Shown here: positions 34,346 to 36,043 of the stretch, one piece after another
Position numbering within the stretch: position 1 is the stretch's first letter
Layout of the letters: each line of letters starts with the position of its first letter
The notes under the pieces: model-generated
Seen by the model: only the letters and a program-made list of their open reading frames with translations
Database searches by the model: none
Told to the model about the DNA's origin: nothing
Position numbers and translations under genes: made by a program
Virus record (IMG/VR): IMGVR_UViG_3300031949_000112
Location: 1-36,043 of that record
Length of the DNA: 36,043 nucleotides
Origin: a virus
Taxonomy: Duplodnaviria; Caudoviricetes
Direction: 5' to 3' (one strand)

Positions 34346-35878
34346 TCAGGACGTGATGTCGTCACCGAGCACCACGAACGGCGAGTGCTCGTCGGTCTTC
34401 ACCCCGCCCGGCGCCTTGTACGCGAAGGTGTCCGTGGGAATCGGGATGCCGCCTCCTCGGGCGAACGCCCGGTAGGTGGTGATGTCGCTCAGGAACTCGA
34501 CGTGAATCGAGCTCTCGACCGTCAGCTGCGTACGGACGGCCGCCGCGTAGAACGCGGGGTTGACCAGCGCGAGATCGGACTGCACGCCCAACGTGGGCTG
34601 CAGGTCGTTCATCCGAAGAGGATGTCCGAGGAGCGACAGCCCCGGCCGGCCGGTGAGGTTGGGCAGGAACGTCACCAGCGTATTGCCCGACAGCGCCAGA
34701 CCGAACAACGCCTCGAACACCCGACGGCTGGCGCCCCAATACGAATTGGGGCCGTGGGTGTGCCGGGTCCACATCTTGAAGATGTCGGCCGTCTCCACTG
34801 ACTGCGACGTGGCGCGGTTCACGACGAGCAGAGCGCCGTTGCTGGCGTGCAGCGCCGCGAGGGGCTGCGACGTGCCGTTGCCCACGACCGTCATGTAATC
34901 GTTCATCTCGTTGATGATCTGCCCACCGACCAAGTCCGCCACGGTCTGCTGACTCTGACCCGTGAAGTCGTCGGCGGTGGTCTCGTCGCCCCACTTCCAG
35001 CTGGCCGCCCACTTGTACACCGTCAGTAGGCGTTGCTCGAAGCTGGGCTCGCGGGAGGGCTTGGCGCCGCCCTCACCCACGATGGTGATCGCGGCGATGC
35101 CGGCCATCGGCCGGGTCTTGCCGCTCGCCGCGTCGGTCTGCACGACGTACGGAATCCGGATGGTCCGGCCCGTCACGGCGTACTTCTGCGCGTGCTGGAG
35201 GATGCCCTCCTGCACGTTCGGCACCGCGAAGATCGACGGCACCTGCTGGAGCGGGAGCAGGAACTCGCCGCCCGAGGCGTCCGACGCGGTACCCACGATG
35301 GTTCGGGCCGCCAGATCACCAGGGAACAGCTCCCTGGCGAACTCGTGCGCCTCCTTGACGATCTGCTTCTGGCGGTCGCTCCGGGCCGGGAACCGGCCGG
35401 AGGCGACCCGCATGAACTCGTCCAGCGAACCGAACATCTTGACGGCGTTGTCCCGAAGCTTCGCGGCGCGGCTCTGAATCGTGACAACCTCTTCATCGTC
35501 CGATCCCGGCGCCTTCCGCTTCAAGTTCTCGTCGCCGCCCTGCCGATCGATCTCGTCCTTCGGCGTGAACTGCAACACCGCAGCTGCTCGTGCCTCGAGA
35601 TCGTTAATGCCGGCGGCGGCAGTTTCCACCTCCTGCTTGGTCATCTTCTGCTCAGGGTCGAGCAGCTTTTTGCGGATCGCCTCGGCGTCAGTGCGCCACT
35701 TCTGCGCCTGATCGTAGGCTCCCCGGTCCTTGACGACCACCTCCCCCAGCAGGAACGGACTGAGCATCAGGGTGGTCGTCATCACCTCCGCGTCATAGAC
35801 TCCCAGGTGCACGCTCGCCAGCGCGGCGACGAGCACGAGGGCCACCAGCGCGGCGGTCCTCCAGTTGAACTGCTTCAT
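34346..35878 (-). CDS. Major capsid protein, HK97 fold, with delta domain and hydrophobic N-terminal leader
   Basis: ASGGEFLLP, VGEGGAKP...PSF, GNGTSQP, LLGHPL, RAFARGGG, PFVVL; GGAG RBS. Confidence 0.92.
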   Translation of the reverse strand: MKQFNWRTAALVALVLVAALASVHLGVYDAEVMTTTLMLSPFLLGEVVVKDRGAYDQAQKWRTDAEAIRKKLLDPEQKMTKQEVETAAAGINDLEARAAAVLQFTPKDEIDRQGGDENLKRKAPGSDDEEVVTIQSRAAKLRDNAVKMFGSLDEFMRVASGRFPARSDRQKQIVKEAHEFARELFPGDLAARTIVGTASDASGGEFLLPLQQVPSIFAVPNVQEGILQHAQKYAVTGRTIRIPYVVQTDAASGKTRPMAGIAAITIVGEGGAKPSREPSFEQRLLTVYKWAASWKWGDETTADDFTGQSQQTVADLVGGQIINEMNDYMTVVGNGTSQPLAALHASNGALLVVNRATSQSVETADIFKMWTRHTHGPNSYWGASRRVFEALFGLALSGNTLVTFLPNLTGRPGLSLLGHPLRMNDLQPTLGVQSDLALVNPAFYAAAVRTQLTVESSIHVEFLSDITTYRAFARGGGIPIPTDTFAYKAPGGVKTDEHSPFVVLGDDITS

Positions 35879-36043
35879 GATTGCTTCTCCACGGTGAACG
35901 TTGAACGGAACGCGGTCAGGCGATCTTCCATCGTCGCCTCGGTCGCGACGTCCTTCGCGTCACCAGCCTTCGGCTCAGCGGCTACGGGGGGAGCGCCCCC
36001 GGCCGGCTTGGCGTCGGCGTCCGTGCGCTGCTGGACGAACTCC
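35875..36043 (-). CDS. C-terminal end of the upstream head gene (probably prohead protease/scaffold), partial
   Basis: Open frame EFVQQRTDADAKPAGG...TFTVEKQS* whose TGA overlaps the capsid ATG; identity inferred from position only. Confidence 0.5.
   Translation of the reverse strand, partial: EFVQQRTDADAKPAGGAPPVAAEPKAGDAKDVATEATMEDRLTAFRSTFTVEKQS

Overview
Nearly complete genome of a high-GC, probably lytic, siphovirus-like tailed phage (no integrase, tRNA or CRISPR seen). There are two convergent arms. The + strand arm (2.2-17.5 kb) carries small early genes and a replication/recombination module: primase-polymerase/helicase, HNH, Cas4-like nuclease, Sak4-like ATPase, SSB, family A DNA polymerase, VRR-NUC and SNF2. 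Inside it is a 2-aminoadenine (Z) type nucleotide cluster: PolA, PurZ0-like synthetase, DUF5664-like protein, MT-A70 methyltransferase and an HD protein. The - strand arm starts at terS/terL at the left edge and resumes at the right edge with a probable protease tail, major capsid protein, head-tail, tail and lysis genes. The portal is inferred to lie just outside the window. Between the capsid gene and the head-tail connector sit three glycosyltransferase genes and a methyltransferase gene, and many virion proteins end in Ser, which suggests a virion O-glycosylation system. All calls come from motif recognition by eye; no searches were run.
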